A DNA stretch of 64,000 nucleotides from Mobula hypostoma (taxonomy: Eukaryota), in NCBI RefSeq assembly GCF_963921235.1, contig NC_086097.1:139998001-140062000 (forward strand), read 5' to 3'. The notes beneath the pieces are model-generated. The model saw nothing but the letters and a program-made list of their open reading frames with translations, did no database searches and was not told where the DNA came from. This document shows positions 1 to 10,127 of the stretch, piece after piece; the stretch's first letter is position 1; every line of letters begins with the position of its first letter. Both the position numbers and the translations under genes were made by a program.

Positions 1-1257
1 GGCAAAATTGGTGAAGTCAATGAACTCAGCATGCGTGCAGGAAGCAGTGCCAATGCAGTCGTCGATGTAGCAAAGGAAAAGTGGGGGACAGATACCAGAA
101 TAGGTACGGAACATAGATTGTTCCACAAAGCCAACAAAAAGACAGGTATAGCTAGGACCCATACGGGTGCCCATAGCTACACCTTTAGTTTGGAGGAAGT
201 GGGAGGAGCCAAAGGAGAAATTATTAAGAGTAAGGACTAATTCCGCTAGACGGAGCAGAGTGGTGGTAGAGGGGAACTGATTAGGTCTGGAATCCAAAAA
301 GAAGCGGAGAGCTTTGAGACCTTCCTGATGGGGGATGGAAGTATATAGGGACTGGGCATCCATGGTGAGAATAAAGCGGTGGGGGCCAGGGAACTTAAAA
401 TCATCGAAAAGTTTAAGAGCGTGAGAAGTGTCACGAACATAGGTAGGAAGGGATTGAACAAGGGGGGATAAAACCGTGTCGAGGTATGCAGAAATGAGTT
501 CGGTGGGGCAGGAGCAAGCTGAGACAATAGGTCTGCCAGGACAGGCAGGTTTGTGGATCTTGGGTAGGAGGTAGAAACGGGAAGTGCGAGGTGTGGGAAC
601 TATAAGGTTGGTAGCAGTGGATGGGAGATCCCCTGAGCGGATAAAGTCGGTGTTGGTGTGGGAGACAATGGCCTGGTGCTCCTTAGTGGGGTCATGATCG
701 AGGGGTAAATAAGAGGAGGTATCCGCGAGTTGTCGCTGTGCCTCGGCAAGGTAGAGGTCAGTACGCCAGACTACAACAGCACCCCCCTTATCGGCGGGTT
801 TCATAGTAAGGTTAGAATTAGTGTGGAGGGAGTGGAGAGCAGAGCGTTCCGAAGGAGTGAGGTTGGAATGGGAACAAGGTGCAGTGAAGTTGAGACGGTT
901 GATGTCCCATCGGCAGTTAGCAATAAAGAGATCCAGAGCAGGCAGAAGACCAGAGCGGGGTGTCCATGAAGAAGAGGAGGGTTGAAGACGGGAGAAGGGG
1001 TCATCGGTGGGGGTGGAAGAGTCCTTGCCGAAGAAGTAGGCTCGGAGACTGAGACGGCGGAAGAAGAGTTCCGCATCATGGCAAACACGGAACTTGCTGA
1101 GGTGTGGGCGAAGGGGGACAAAGGTAAGGCCCTTACTGAGGACAGAGCGTTTTGCTTCCGACAGTTGAAGGTCAGAGGGGATGGTAAAGACCCAGCACGA
1201 ATGACAGCTGGGATCGGAGGGGGGAGGCTGGGGGTGTCAGTGGAGGGGGGAGGGTGA
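1..1257 (-). mobile_element. Penelope-like element (PLE) fragment, RT region, running off the left edge of the window
   Basis: Minus-strand translation gives PLE RT motifs (FYLLPKIHKP, GRPIVS, GVAMGTRMGP, YIDD near 55-70). Positions 1-910 closely match the PLE at about 11127-12036. Confidence 0.9.
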
Positions 1258-2827
1258 CTTCAGACCAAGGGTGTAGCTATGGGAACTCGCATGGGCCCTA
1301 GCTATGCCTGTCTCTTTGTTGGTTATGTGGAACAGTCTATGCTCCAAACCTATTCTAGTACTGGTCCCCAACTTTTCCTTCGGTACATTGACAACTACAT
1401 TGGTGCTGCTTCCTGCACCCATGCTGAGCTCGTCAATTTCATTGACTTTACTTCTAACTTCCACCCAGCCCTCAAATTCACTTGGTCTATCTCGGACACC
1501 TCTCCCCTTTCTCAATCTCTCGGTCTCCATCTCTGGAGACAGACTGTCCACTGACATCTTCTACAAGCCCACTGACTCTCATAACTATCTCAACTGTACC
1601 TCTTCCCACCCCGCCACATGCAAAAATGCCATTCCCTATTCCCAGTTCCTCCGTCTCCGCCGCATCTGCTCCGAGGATGAGGTTTTCCGTTCCAGGACAG
1701 CTCAAATGTCCTCTTTCTTTAAGGATCGTGGTTTCACTTCTGCTGTCATTGATGATGCCCTCACCCGCATCTCCTCCATTTCCCGCACTTGGGCTCTCAC
1801 CCCATCCTCCCGCCACCACAACAGAGACAGAGTTCCCCTTGTCCTCACCTACCACCCCACTGGCCTGCGGATCCAACACATTATCCTCCGCAACTTCCGC
1901 CACCTTCAACAGGACCCCACCACTAAGCACATCTTTCCATCTCCACCCCTCTCCGCCTTCCGCAGGGATCGGTCCCTCCGCGACTCCCTGGTCCACTCGT
2001 CCCTCCCCACGGATCTCCCACCTGGCACTTAACCCTGTAAGCGCAAGTGCTACACCTGTCCCTACACCTCCTCTCTTGCCTCCATTCAGGGCCTCAAACA
2101 GTACTTCCAAGTGAGGCAACACTTCACTTGTGAGTCTGTTGGGGTCATCTATTGCATCCGGTGCTCCCGGTGCGGCCTCCTCTACATCGGTGAAACCTGA
2201 CGCAGATTGGGGGACCGCTTCGTCGAGCACCTCCGCTCCGTCTGCCAAAACAGACAGGATCGCCCAGTAGCCACCCACTTCAACTTTACTTCCCACTCCC
2301 ATTCAGATATGTCCATACATGGCCTCCTCTACTGCCATGATGAGGCCAAACTCAGGTTGGAGGAGCAACACCTCATATACCGTCTAGGTAGTCTCCAGCC
2401 CCTTGGTATGAACATAGAATTCTCCAACTTCTGGTAATTCCCTCCCCCCCCCCATCACTATGTCAGTCTGCCCCCTCCCCCAGCTGCCTATCACCTCCCT
2501 CATGGTTCCACCTCCTTCTACTACCCAATGTGTTTTCCCCTATTCTTTCTTCACCTTTCCTGCCTATCACCTCCCTGCCTCCCTTCCCCCACCCCTTTAT
2601 CTTTCCCCTTACTGGTTTTTCTCCTGGAACCTACCAGCCTTCTCCTTCCCACCCTCCCCCCACCTTCTTTATAGGGCCTCTGCCCCTTCCCCCTACAGTC
2701 CTGACGAAGGGTTCCAGCCCGAAACGTCAACAGATCTTTTCCACGGATGCTGCCCGACCTGCTGAGCTCCTCCAGCGTGTTGTGAGTATTGCTTTGACCC
2801 CAGCATCTGCAGATTATTTTGTGTCTA
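1258..2827 (+). mobile_element. 5'-truncated PLE (end of RT, GIY-YIG endonuclease, 3' repeat), head-to-head with the preceding fragment
   Basis: LQTKGVAMGTRMGPSYACLFVG, DIFYKPTDSHNYL, C..KCYTC linker, VIYCIRCSRCGLLYIGET and LGSLQPLGMNIEFSNF, with frameshifts and stops. Followed by a pyrimidine-rich 3' UTR and a hammerhead motif. Confidence 0.9.
2696..2733 (+). ncRNA. Minimal type I hammerhead ribozyme motif in the PLE 3' repeat (stem I partly decayed)
   Basis: CAGTC-CTGACGA-AGGGTTCCAGCCC-GAAACGTC-AACAG: core boxes CUGANGA and GAAA, GGG/CCC stem II, GUC cleavage triplet, palindromic ACGT stem III. Confidence 0.75.
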
Positions 2828-3079
2828 CGATTGTGGAAAAGTATTTCTACTTTATACAGGCTGTGTATTAATCATATCATTCCTGCTTTTACTATATGTT
2901 ACTGTTATCTTAGGTCTTATGTGTTATTTGGCATGATTTGGTAGGTTATTTTTGGGCCTGCGAACGCTCACAAAACTTTCCCATATAAATAAATGGTAAT
3001 TGCTTCTTCACTTTATGATATTTTGGCTTACGAACCGTTTCAAAGGAACGCTGTACCTTCGAATGACGGGGAAAACCTG
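2828..3079. mobile_element. One terminus of a Tigger/pogo-like (Tc1/mariner) DNA transposon
   Basis: Ends ...CTTCGAATGACGGGGAAAACCTG followed by TA (3080-3081), resembling Tigger-type TIRs. The other end is not in the window. Confidence 0.5.
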
Positions 3080-3845
3080 TATTCCAAATAAGGCCTCACC
3101 GGTGCCTTGTAAAGCCTCTACATTACAACCTTGCTTTTATAGTCCTCTCAAAATGAATGCTAACATCACATTTACTTTCCTCACCATTGACTTGACCTGC
3201 AAATTAACCTTTATGGAATCCTGCACGATCACTCCCAAGTCCCTTTGCACTTTAGGTTTTTGTATTTTCTCTCCATTTAGAAAATATGCTGCAGACTTCT
3301 TCTACCAAAGTGCATGACCATACACTTCCTGACACTATATTCCATCTGCCACTTCTTTGGTCCATTTTATCATGTGTCTCCAATTTCCTCGAAACCATAT
3401 TCTTAAAAATCGACTGCACCATCTTCCCAATCACTGAGGTCAGACTAACTGGCCTTTAATTTTCTTTCTTCTTCCTCTGACCCTTCTTGAAGAATGGAGT
3501 GACACTTGTAATTTTCCATTTCTTCGGATCCATGCCAGGATCAATTGATTCTTGAAAGATCATTGCTAATGCCTCCATAATCTCTTCAGCCACCTCTTCC
3601 AGAACTGTGGGTTGTGTACCATCTGTTCCAGGTGTCTTATCCACCTTCAAACCTTTCAGTTTCCCAAGAACCTTCTCCATAGTAATGGCAACTTCACACA
3701 CTTCTGCCTCCTGACATACTGCAAGTGTCTCCACAGTGAAGACTAATGCAAGATATTTATTTAGTTTGTTCTCCATTTCCTCCCCCACCCCCACATTACT
3801 CTTGCCTCTTTTTACATTTTATGTATCAAAGAAACTTTTGGTATC

Positions 3846-4035
3846 GATGAGGTGGAGGATAAATGCGTGGCTGAGGGATTGGAGCAGGGGGCAGGGATTC
3901 AAGTTTTTGGATCATTGGGACCTCTTTTGGCGCAGGTGTGACCTGTACAAAAAGGACGGGTTACACTTAAATCCTCGGGGGACCAATATCCTGGCAGGGA
4001 GATTAGCGGGGGCTACTGAGGTGACTTTAAACTAG
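3846..4035 (+). CDS. C-terminal remnant of CR1 ORF1 (SGNH/esterase-like domain)
   Basis: INAWLRDWSRGQGFKFLDHWDLFW...KDGLHLNPRGTNILAGRL...TLN*. DGLHL is the SGNH block V motif typical of CR1 ORF1. Confidence 0.85.
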
Positions 4036-7000
4036 AATGGTTGGGGGGTGGGAATCAAATTAAAGCGGCTAGGTGTGAGGAGGTTAGTTCACAACAGAGG
4101 GATGGGAACCAGTGCAGAGAGACAGAGGGGTGTAAAGTGAGCGTAGAAGCAAAAAGTACAAAGGGGAAAAGTAAAAGTGGCAGGCCGACAAATCCAGGGC
4201 AAGCATTAAAAAGGGCTAAGAGAGTTGTAAAAGAGTGCCTCAAGGCTTTATGTGTCAATGCAAGGAGCATTCGTAATAAGGTGGATGAATTGAAAGTGCA
4301 GATTGTTATTAATGATTATGATATAGTTGGGATCACAGAGACATGGCTCCAGGGTGACCAGGGATGGGAGCTCAACGTTCAGGGATATTCAATATTCAGG
4401 AGGGATAGACACGAAGGAAGGGGAGGTGGGGTGGCGTTGCTGGTTAAAAAAGAGATTAACGCAATAGAAAGGAAGGACATAAGCCGGGAAGATGTGGAAT
4501 CGATATGGGTAGAGCTGCGTAACACTAAGGGGCAGAAGACGCTGGTGGGAGTTGTGTACAGGCCACCTAACAGTAGTAGTGAGGTCGGAGATGGTATTAA
4601 ACAGGAAATTAGAAATGTGTGCAATAAAGGAACAGCAGTTATAATGGGTGACTTCAATCTACATGTAGACTGGGTGAACCAAATTGGTAAAGGTGCTGAG
4701 GAAGAGGATTTCTTGGAATGTATGCGGGATGGTTTTTTGAACCAACATGTCGAGGAACCGACTAGAGAGCAGGCTATTCTGGACTGGGTTTTGAGCAATG
4801 AGGAAGGGTTAATTAGCGATCTTGTCATGAGAGGCCCCTTGGGTAAGAGTGACCATAATATGGTGGAATTCTTCATTAACATGGAGAGTGACGTAGTTAA
4901 TTCAGAAACAAAGGTTCTGAACTTAAAGAGGGGTAACTTTGAAGGTATGAGACATGAATTAGCTAAGATAGACTGGCAAATGACACTTCAAGGATTGACG
5001 GTGGATATGCAATGGCAGGCATTTAAAGGTTGCATGGATGAACTACAACAATTGTTCATCCCAGTTTGGCAAAAGAATAAATCAAGGAAGGTAGTGCACC
5101 CGTGGCTGACAAGAGAAATTAGGGATAGTATCAATTCCAAAGAAGTAGCATACAAATTAGCCAGAGAAAGTGGCTCACCTGAGGACTGGGAGAAATTCAG
5201 AGTTCAGCAGAGGAGGACAAAGGGCTTAATTAGGAAGGGGAAAAAAGATTATGAGAGAAAACTGGCAGAGAACATAAAAACGGACTGTAAAAGCTTTTAT
5301 AGATATGTAAAAAGGAAAAGACTGATAAAGACAAATGTAGGTCCCCTGCAAACAGAAACAGGTGAATTGATTATGGGGAGCAAGGACATGGCAGACCAAT
5401 TGAATAATTACTTTGGTTCTGTCTTCACTAAGGAGGACATAAATAATCTTCCAGAAATAGTAAGGGACAGAGGGTCCAGTGAGATGGAGGAACTGAGCGA
5501 AATACATGTTAGTAGGGAAGTGGTGTTAGGTAAATTGAAGGGATTGAAGGCAGATAAATCCCCAGGGCCAGATGGTCTGCATCCCAGAGTGCTTAAGGAA
5601 GTGGCCCAAGAAATAGTGGATGCATTAGTGATAATTTTTCAAAACTCGTTAGATTCTGGACTAGTTCCTGAGGATTGGAGGGTGGCTAATGTAACCCCAC
5701 TTTTTAAAAAAGGAGGGAGAGAGAAACCGGGGAATTATAGGCCGGTTAGCCTAACGTCGGTGGTGGGGAAACTGCTGGAGTCAGTTATCAAGGATGTGAT
5801 AACAGCACATTTGGAAAGCGGTGAAATGATCGGACAAAGTCAGCATGGATTTGTGAAAGGAAAATCATGTCTGACGAATCTCATAGAATTTTTTGAGGAT
5901 GTAACTAGTAGAGTGGATAGGGGAGAACCAGTGGATGTGGTATATTTGGATTTTCAAAAGGCTTTTGACAAGGTCCCACATAGGAGATTAGTGTGCAAAC
6001 TTAAAGCACACGGTATTGGGGGTAAGGTATTGGTGTGGGTGGAGAATTGGTTAGCAGACAGGAAGCAAAGAGTGGGAATAAACGGGACCTTTTCAGAATG
6101 GCAGGCGGTGACTAGTGGGGTACCGCAAGGCTCAGTGCTAGGACCCCAGTTGTTTACAATATATATTAATGACTTGGATGAGGGAATTAAATGCAGCATC
6201 TCCAAGTTTGCGGATGACACGAAGCTGGGTGGCAGTGTTAGCAGTGAGGAGGATGCTAAGAGGATGCAGGGTGACTTGGATAGGTTGGGTGAGTGGGCAA
6301 ACTCATGGCAGATGCAATTTAATGTGGATAAATGTGAAGTTATCCACTTTGGTGGCAAAAATAGGAAAACAGATTATTATCTGAATGGTGGCCGATTAGG
6401 AAAAGGGGAGGTGCAACGAGACCTGGGTGTCATTATACACCAGTCATTGAAAGTGGGCATGCAGGTACAGCAGGCGGTGAAAAAGGCGAACGGTATGCTG
6501 GCATTTATAGCGAGAGGATTCGAGTACAGGAGCAGGGAGGTACTACTGCAGTTGTACAAGGCCTTGGTGAGACCACACCTGGAGTATTGTGTGCAGTTTT
6601 GGTCCCCTAATCTGAGGAAAGACATCTTTGCCATAGAGGGAGTACAAAGAAGGTTCACCAGATTGATTCCTGGGATGGCAGGTCTTTCATATGAAGAAAG
6701 ACTGGATGAACTGGGCTTGTACTCGTTGGAATTTAGAAGATTGAGGGGGGATCTGATTGAAACGTATAAGATCCTAAAGGGATTGGACAGGCTAGATGCA
6801 GGAAGATTGTTCCCGATGTTGGGGAGGTCTAGAACGAGGGGTCACAGTTTGAGGATAGAGGGGAAGCCTTTTAGGACCGAGGTTAGGAAAAACTTCTTCA
6901 CACAGAGAGTGGTGAATCTGTGGAATTCTCTGCCACAGCAAACTGTTGAGGCCAGTTCATTAGCTATGTTTAAAAGGAAGTTAGATATGGCCCTTGTGGC

Positions 7001-7040
7001 TACAGGGGTCAGGGGGTATGGAGGGAAGGCTGGGTTCTGA
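4020..7040 (+). CDS. CR1 ORF2: AP-endonuclease plus reverse transcriptase, uninterrupted. Frame open from 4020; no AUG before the endonuclease domain
   Basis: VNARSIRNK, GITETW, VYRPP, MGDFN, SDH (APE domain). [42 protein letters not shown] (RT domain). Stop TGA at 7038-7040. Confidence 0.95.
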   Translation, partial: GDFKLEWLGGGNQIKAARCEEVSSQQRDGNQCRETEGCKVSVEAKSTKGKSKSGRPTNPGQALKRAKRVVKECLKALCVNARSIRNKVDELKVQIVINDYDIVGITETWLQGDQGWELNVQGYSIFRRDRHEGRGGGVALLVKKEINAIERKDISREDVESIWVELRNTKGQKTLVGVVYRPPNSSSEVGDGIKQEIRNVCNKGTAVIMGDFNLHVDWVNQIGKGAEEEDFLECMRDGFLNQHVEEPTREQAILDWVLSNEEGLISDLVMRGPLGKSDHNMVEFFINMESDVVNSETKVLNLKRGNFEGMRHELAKIDWQMTLQGLTVDMQWQAFKGCMDELQQLFIPVWQKNKSRKVVHPWLTREIRDSINSKEVAYKLARESGSPEDWEKFRVQQRRTKGLIRKGKKDYERKLAENIKTDCKSFYRYVKRKRLIKTNVGPLQTETGELIMGSKDMADQLNNYFGSVFTKEDINNLPEIVRDRGSSEMEELSEIHVSREVVLGKLKGLKADKSPGPDGLHPRVLKEVAQEIVDALVIIFQNSLDSGLVPEDWRVANVTPLFKKGGREKPGNYRPVSLTSVVGKLLESVIKDVITAHLESGEMIGQSQHGFVKGKSCLTNLIEFFEDVTSRVDRGEPVDVVYLDFQKAFDKVPHRRLVCKLKAHGIGGKVLVWVENWLADRKQRVGINGTFSEWQAVTSGVPQGSVLGPQLFTIYINDLDEGIKCSISKFADDTKLGGSVSSEEDAKRMQGDLDRLGEWANSWQMQFNVDKCEVIHFGGKNRKTDYYLNGGRLGKGEVQRDLGVIIHQSLKVGMQVQQAVKKANGMLAFIARGFEYRSREVLLQLYKALVRPHLEYCVQFWSPNLRKDIFAIEGVQRRFTRLIPGMAGLSYEERLDELGLYSLEFRRLRGDLIETYKILKGLDRLDAGRLFPMLGRSRTRGHSLRIEGKPFRTEVRKNFFTQRVVNLWNSLPQQTVEASSLAMFKRKLDMALVATGVRGYGGKAGF

Positions 7041-7299
7041 GTTGGATGATCAGCCATGATCATAATAAATGGCGGTGCAGGCTCGAAGGGCCGAATGGCC
7101 TACTCCTGCACCTATTTTCTATGTTTCTATGTTTCTATGTATCCTGTTTAATACTATTGGCTAGCTTGCCTTCGTATTCTATCTTTTCCTTCTTTATGAC
7201 AGTAAAGCCACACTCAGTGAAGACCTGTATCACATGAGGTTGCATCAATATCCAATATTTTTCCTCATCATTCACTACACTGTTACACCTCTTTATTTT

Positions 7300-8195
7300 T
7301 AAAAAAAACTTCCCTTGGGGATGAAGCTACTGAACTAAAGGGAACCTGTTCAGCGTATGACAACTATATGTCAGAATCAAGGCCACCCTGGCCTGAGTAA
7401 TGGAGCTAATGATGTATATAGTATACAAGCTCCATGGCAGCCTCAACTTGTTCAATGAAGCATATGAGAGGATGAAGCACACACCCACCATCTCTCAGGT
7501 CAACTTGGTCCTGCACCACGCTGCCCTCCAAATCAAAGATTTGCAATGAGACCTGTAGTATATGGGCCATCGCTTGGTGCAGAAGGACATTAATGTAAAA
7601 TTCATCAATCCCTTCCATGTCTTAGTTGATTTTAGTAAAAAGAACTTGAAGATATGCACAAAACTCATGATTCAGTTAGTGGTTGTGATCCCTGCCATCA
7701 TAGTTGCTTTGCAGCTTAAACACTCTGCAGCAGGAACCTCGAAGCACTGGAAAATTGTGAACCAATGTCAGCATCCTCTCTCAAAAGAGTACACACAATA
7801 TTGAAGCCCCAGTTGGGTCCATTGGACAGGCCACATCATTCATATACCTGACATTGGACTCGCAAGGCACACACTTAGTTCTGAGTTCTGTTAAAGGAGG
7901 ATGTTTCAGGAGAACACAAGGGATTAAAGGATGTGCTCAAAGCCTCAGTAAAGAAATGCAACTCGCTACTGACTTGGAAACCTCTGTTCTATAGCTGCTC
8001 AAGATGGAGAAAGCATATTTGGGATGAGAGTGTAAACCTTGAGTTCATGTGTTGGGGATACACACAAGTGCAGTGTAAGGCGGCAGTAGAAATTCATCCA
8101 CTCCCCTCTGGAAGAGTCACTGGTACCAAAATTGGCCTCAGTAGCTAACCACTTACAAGTGGAAGCAAATCATCTTTGATACCGAGGAGCTGGTG
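7300..8195 (+). mobile_element. Heavily decayed 3' part of an RTE-clade LINE
   Basis: Residual peptides W.GH...PD, KD.LKASVKKC, WKPL...RWRK resemble the RTE C-terminal region. Many indels. Confidence 0.5.
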
Positions 8196-8544
8196 CAATC
8201 TGCTTCTGATGTCCTTCATCAGTTACTTATTTAGACTAATCTTGTCTCTTAAATTGATTCCTTTGTAAATCTAGAAGTCAGGCAGATTATTAAAATAGCT
8301 GTTTTGTGAAGAATAAATTATAGGGAAAGTACCCACCTTATCAAGAATCCCAGGAACTCTAGGTGTTGAAAAGGGAATCGAAGATTTTTTCACTTTCTCT
8401 TGCATTGGCCAACTTCACAGAAGGCCAGCGACTGAACTAAGTGCAGGTGAACCCTGCTGATCATAAGAGTATTGTTAATCTTCCAATCAGGATTGAGATT
8501 GCAAACAGCCATTACGATGACTTGAATCCATCAGTATAAACTGA

Positions 8545-8687
8545 AGACATGAGAGACTGGAGATGGTGGAATGTGGAGCAAAAAATAAACAGCTTAAGGA
8601 TCTCAACCCAAAACATCAGTTATCTGTTTCCCTCCACAGATGCTGCCTAACCTGCTGAGTTCCTTTACCAGATTGTATTTTGCTTCA
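8545..8687. mobile_element. Short remnant built from two inverted PLE 3' termini
   Basis: The left part (AGACATGAGAGACTGGAGATGGTGGAATGTGGAGCAAAAA) is the reverse complement of the PLE tail. The right part (CCTCCACAGATGCTGCCTAACCTGCTGAGTTCC...TTTTGCTTCA) is the forward tail. Confidence 0.55.
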
Positions 8688-9796
8688 AACATTTTAGCGC
8701 TTCAGGAGTGCTTCACTGTTATGAAGCCTCTGCGCTTGTGAATATTAGTTTTGTAAGCAAAACTTTCAGAGAGTGATCTTCTGCAAGTGTTCTTTCTGGA
8801 AACCCATATCTTTCAAGACAGCTTTATATGTGGAAAAATTAAACTGAACTGATCATTGTTCTAAAACTGTCATCACTTTTTCTATTTGTGGCATGATGCT
8901 TGGTAGTTTGGGCAGATGTACAGTAATGCCCTGTTAAATTTTAGAAGGCACTTTATCTTGTTGCCAAAATGAAAATGCATTCAGACTTTCTCTGTTGGTC
9001 AGACCTGTACCAGAGCAGCATTGGTGCTGCAGTCAGTCTGCCATGTGTCAATGCCTTCTCAGTAACTGATGCACAATGAGGAGCAGTGTGATGGGTGCAG
9101 CAGGTGGGCCCTTCCTAAAAGTGTATGTAGGTCAACCTCAGCAAAGAATCCTGCCTTCTCTCTGATGCAGTGTTGTATGTGAGTACTCACTGCTCATCTT
9201 AGCTAACTGGCAACAATTCTTTACACAAGGGTTGCATAAAGTTGCTGATTAGGGTGATAATGTCACCAATTGGAGGAATGGTTTCAAAGATGTTTTGCCT
9301 GTGAAATGAACCAACCAGGAATAAAGAAAACTGTTGATAGATGCCTCACCAACCCAGGTTTGGCTTTCTTGACCTCTTGAAGATAAACAAGCTCCTCACT
9401 ATACCTCCCATTCCCGCCTCATGTTACCTGATGAATTATTTAGATTTAAGATAGGGAACCAGACAGAAATATGTGTAGGCAAACTTTTTGGGTCCAGTGA
9501 CCATAATGTCATTAGTTTCAAGTTAATTATGGATAAGGATAGGCCTGGTCCTCGAATTGAGGTTCTAAATTAGAGAAGGGCCAGTTTTGTGGAAATGAGA
9601 AAGGATCTAGGAGTAGTGGATTGGGATAAGTTGTTTTCTGGCAAGGATGTGTTCAGTAAGTGGAAAGGCGAAATTTTGAGAGTGCAGAGTTTGCATGTTC
9701 CTGCCAGGATTAAAGGTAAAGTTAACAGGCATAGGGAACACACATCAAAGTTGCTGGTGAATACAGCAGGCCAAGCAGCATCTGTAGGAAGAGGTG

Positions 9797-9834
9797 CAGT
9801 CGACGTTTCAGGCCGAGACCCTTCGTCAGGACTA
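9797..9834 (-). ncRNA. Minimal type I hammerhead ribozyme (best-preserved copy)
   Basis: Minus strand TAGTC-CTGACGA-AGGGTCTCGGCCT-GAAACGTC-GACTG: stem I TAGTC/GACTG, intact core, AGG/CCT stem II, palindromic ACGT stem III, GUC cleavage site. Confidence 0.85.
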
Positions 9835-10127
9835 ACTGAAGGAAGAGTGAGTAAGGGATTTGAAAGTTGGAGGGGGAGAGGGAGATCCAAAATGATAGGA
9901 GAAGACAGGAGGGGGAGGGATAGAGCCAAGAGCTGGACAGGTGATAGGCAAAAGGGGATACGAGAGAATCATGGGACAGGAGGTCCGGGAAGAAAGACCG
10001 GGGGGGGGGACCCATTGGATGGGCAAGAGGTATATTCAGAGGGACAGAGGGAGAAAAAGGAGAGTGAGAGAAAGAATGTGTGCATAAAAATAAGTAACAG
10101 ATGGGGTATGAGGGGGGAGGTGGGGCC

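Larger units (their letters stand above)
3846..7138 (+). mobile_element. Young 5'-truncated CR1-clade (HER1-like) LINE with intact ORF2
   Basis: ORF1 C-terminus, complete ORF2, 3' UTR hairpin region and (TTTCTATG)n tail. Flanked by a 5-bp TSD GTATC (3841-3845 and 7139-7143). Confidence 0.95.
3082..7200 (-). mobile_element. Old, internally deleted CR1 LINE fragment (3082-3845 and 7139-7200), split by the young CR1 insertion
   Basis: Minus ORF 3456-3794 gives KLKGLKVDKTPGTDG...W.ITSVTPFFKKG. The host sequence GAAACTTTTGGTATC|CTGTTTAATACTATTGGCTAGC rejoins across the insertion. Confidence 0.75.

Noticed and set aside
1487..2302. 271-aa minus-strand ORF and similar shadow ORFs over LINEs and PLEs (for example 4379-4882, 5954-6358, 10451-11023)
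   Set aside because: Antisense or alternative-frame shadows of TE coding sequence with no independent motifs.
4041..4043. Annotated Met start of the 999-aa ORF
   Set aside because: The codon is TTG, accepted only by the ORF caller. The frame is open from 4020 and has no AUG until inside the APE domain.
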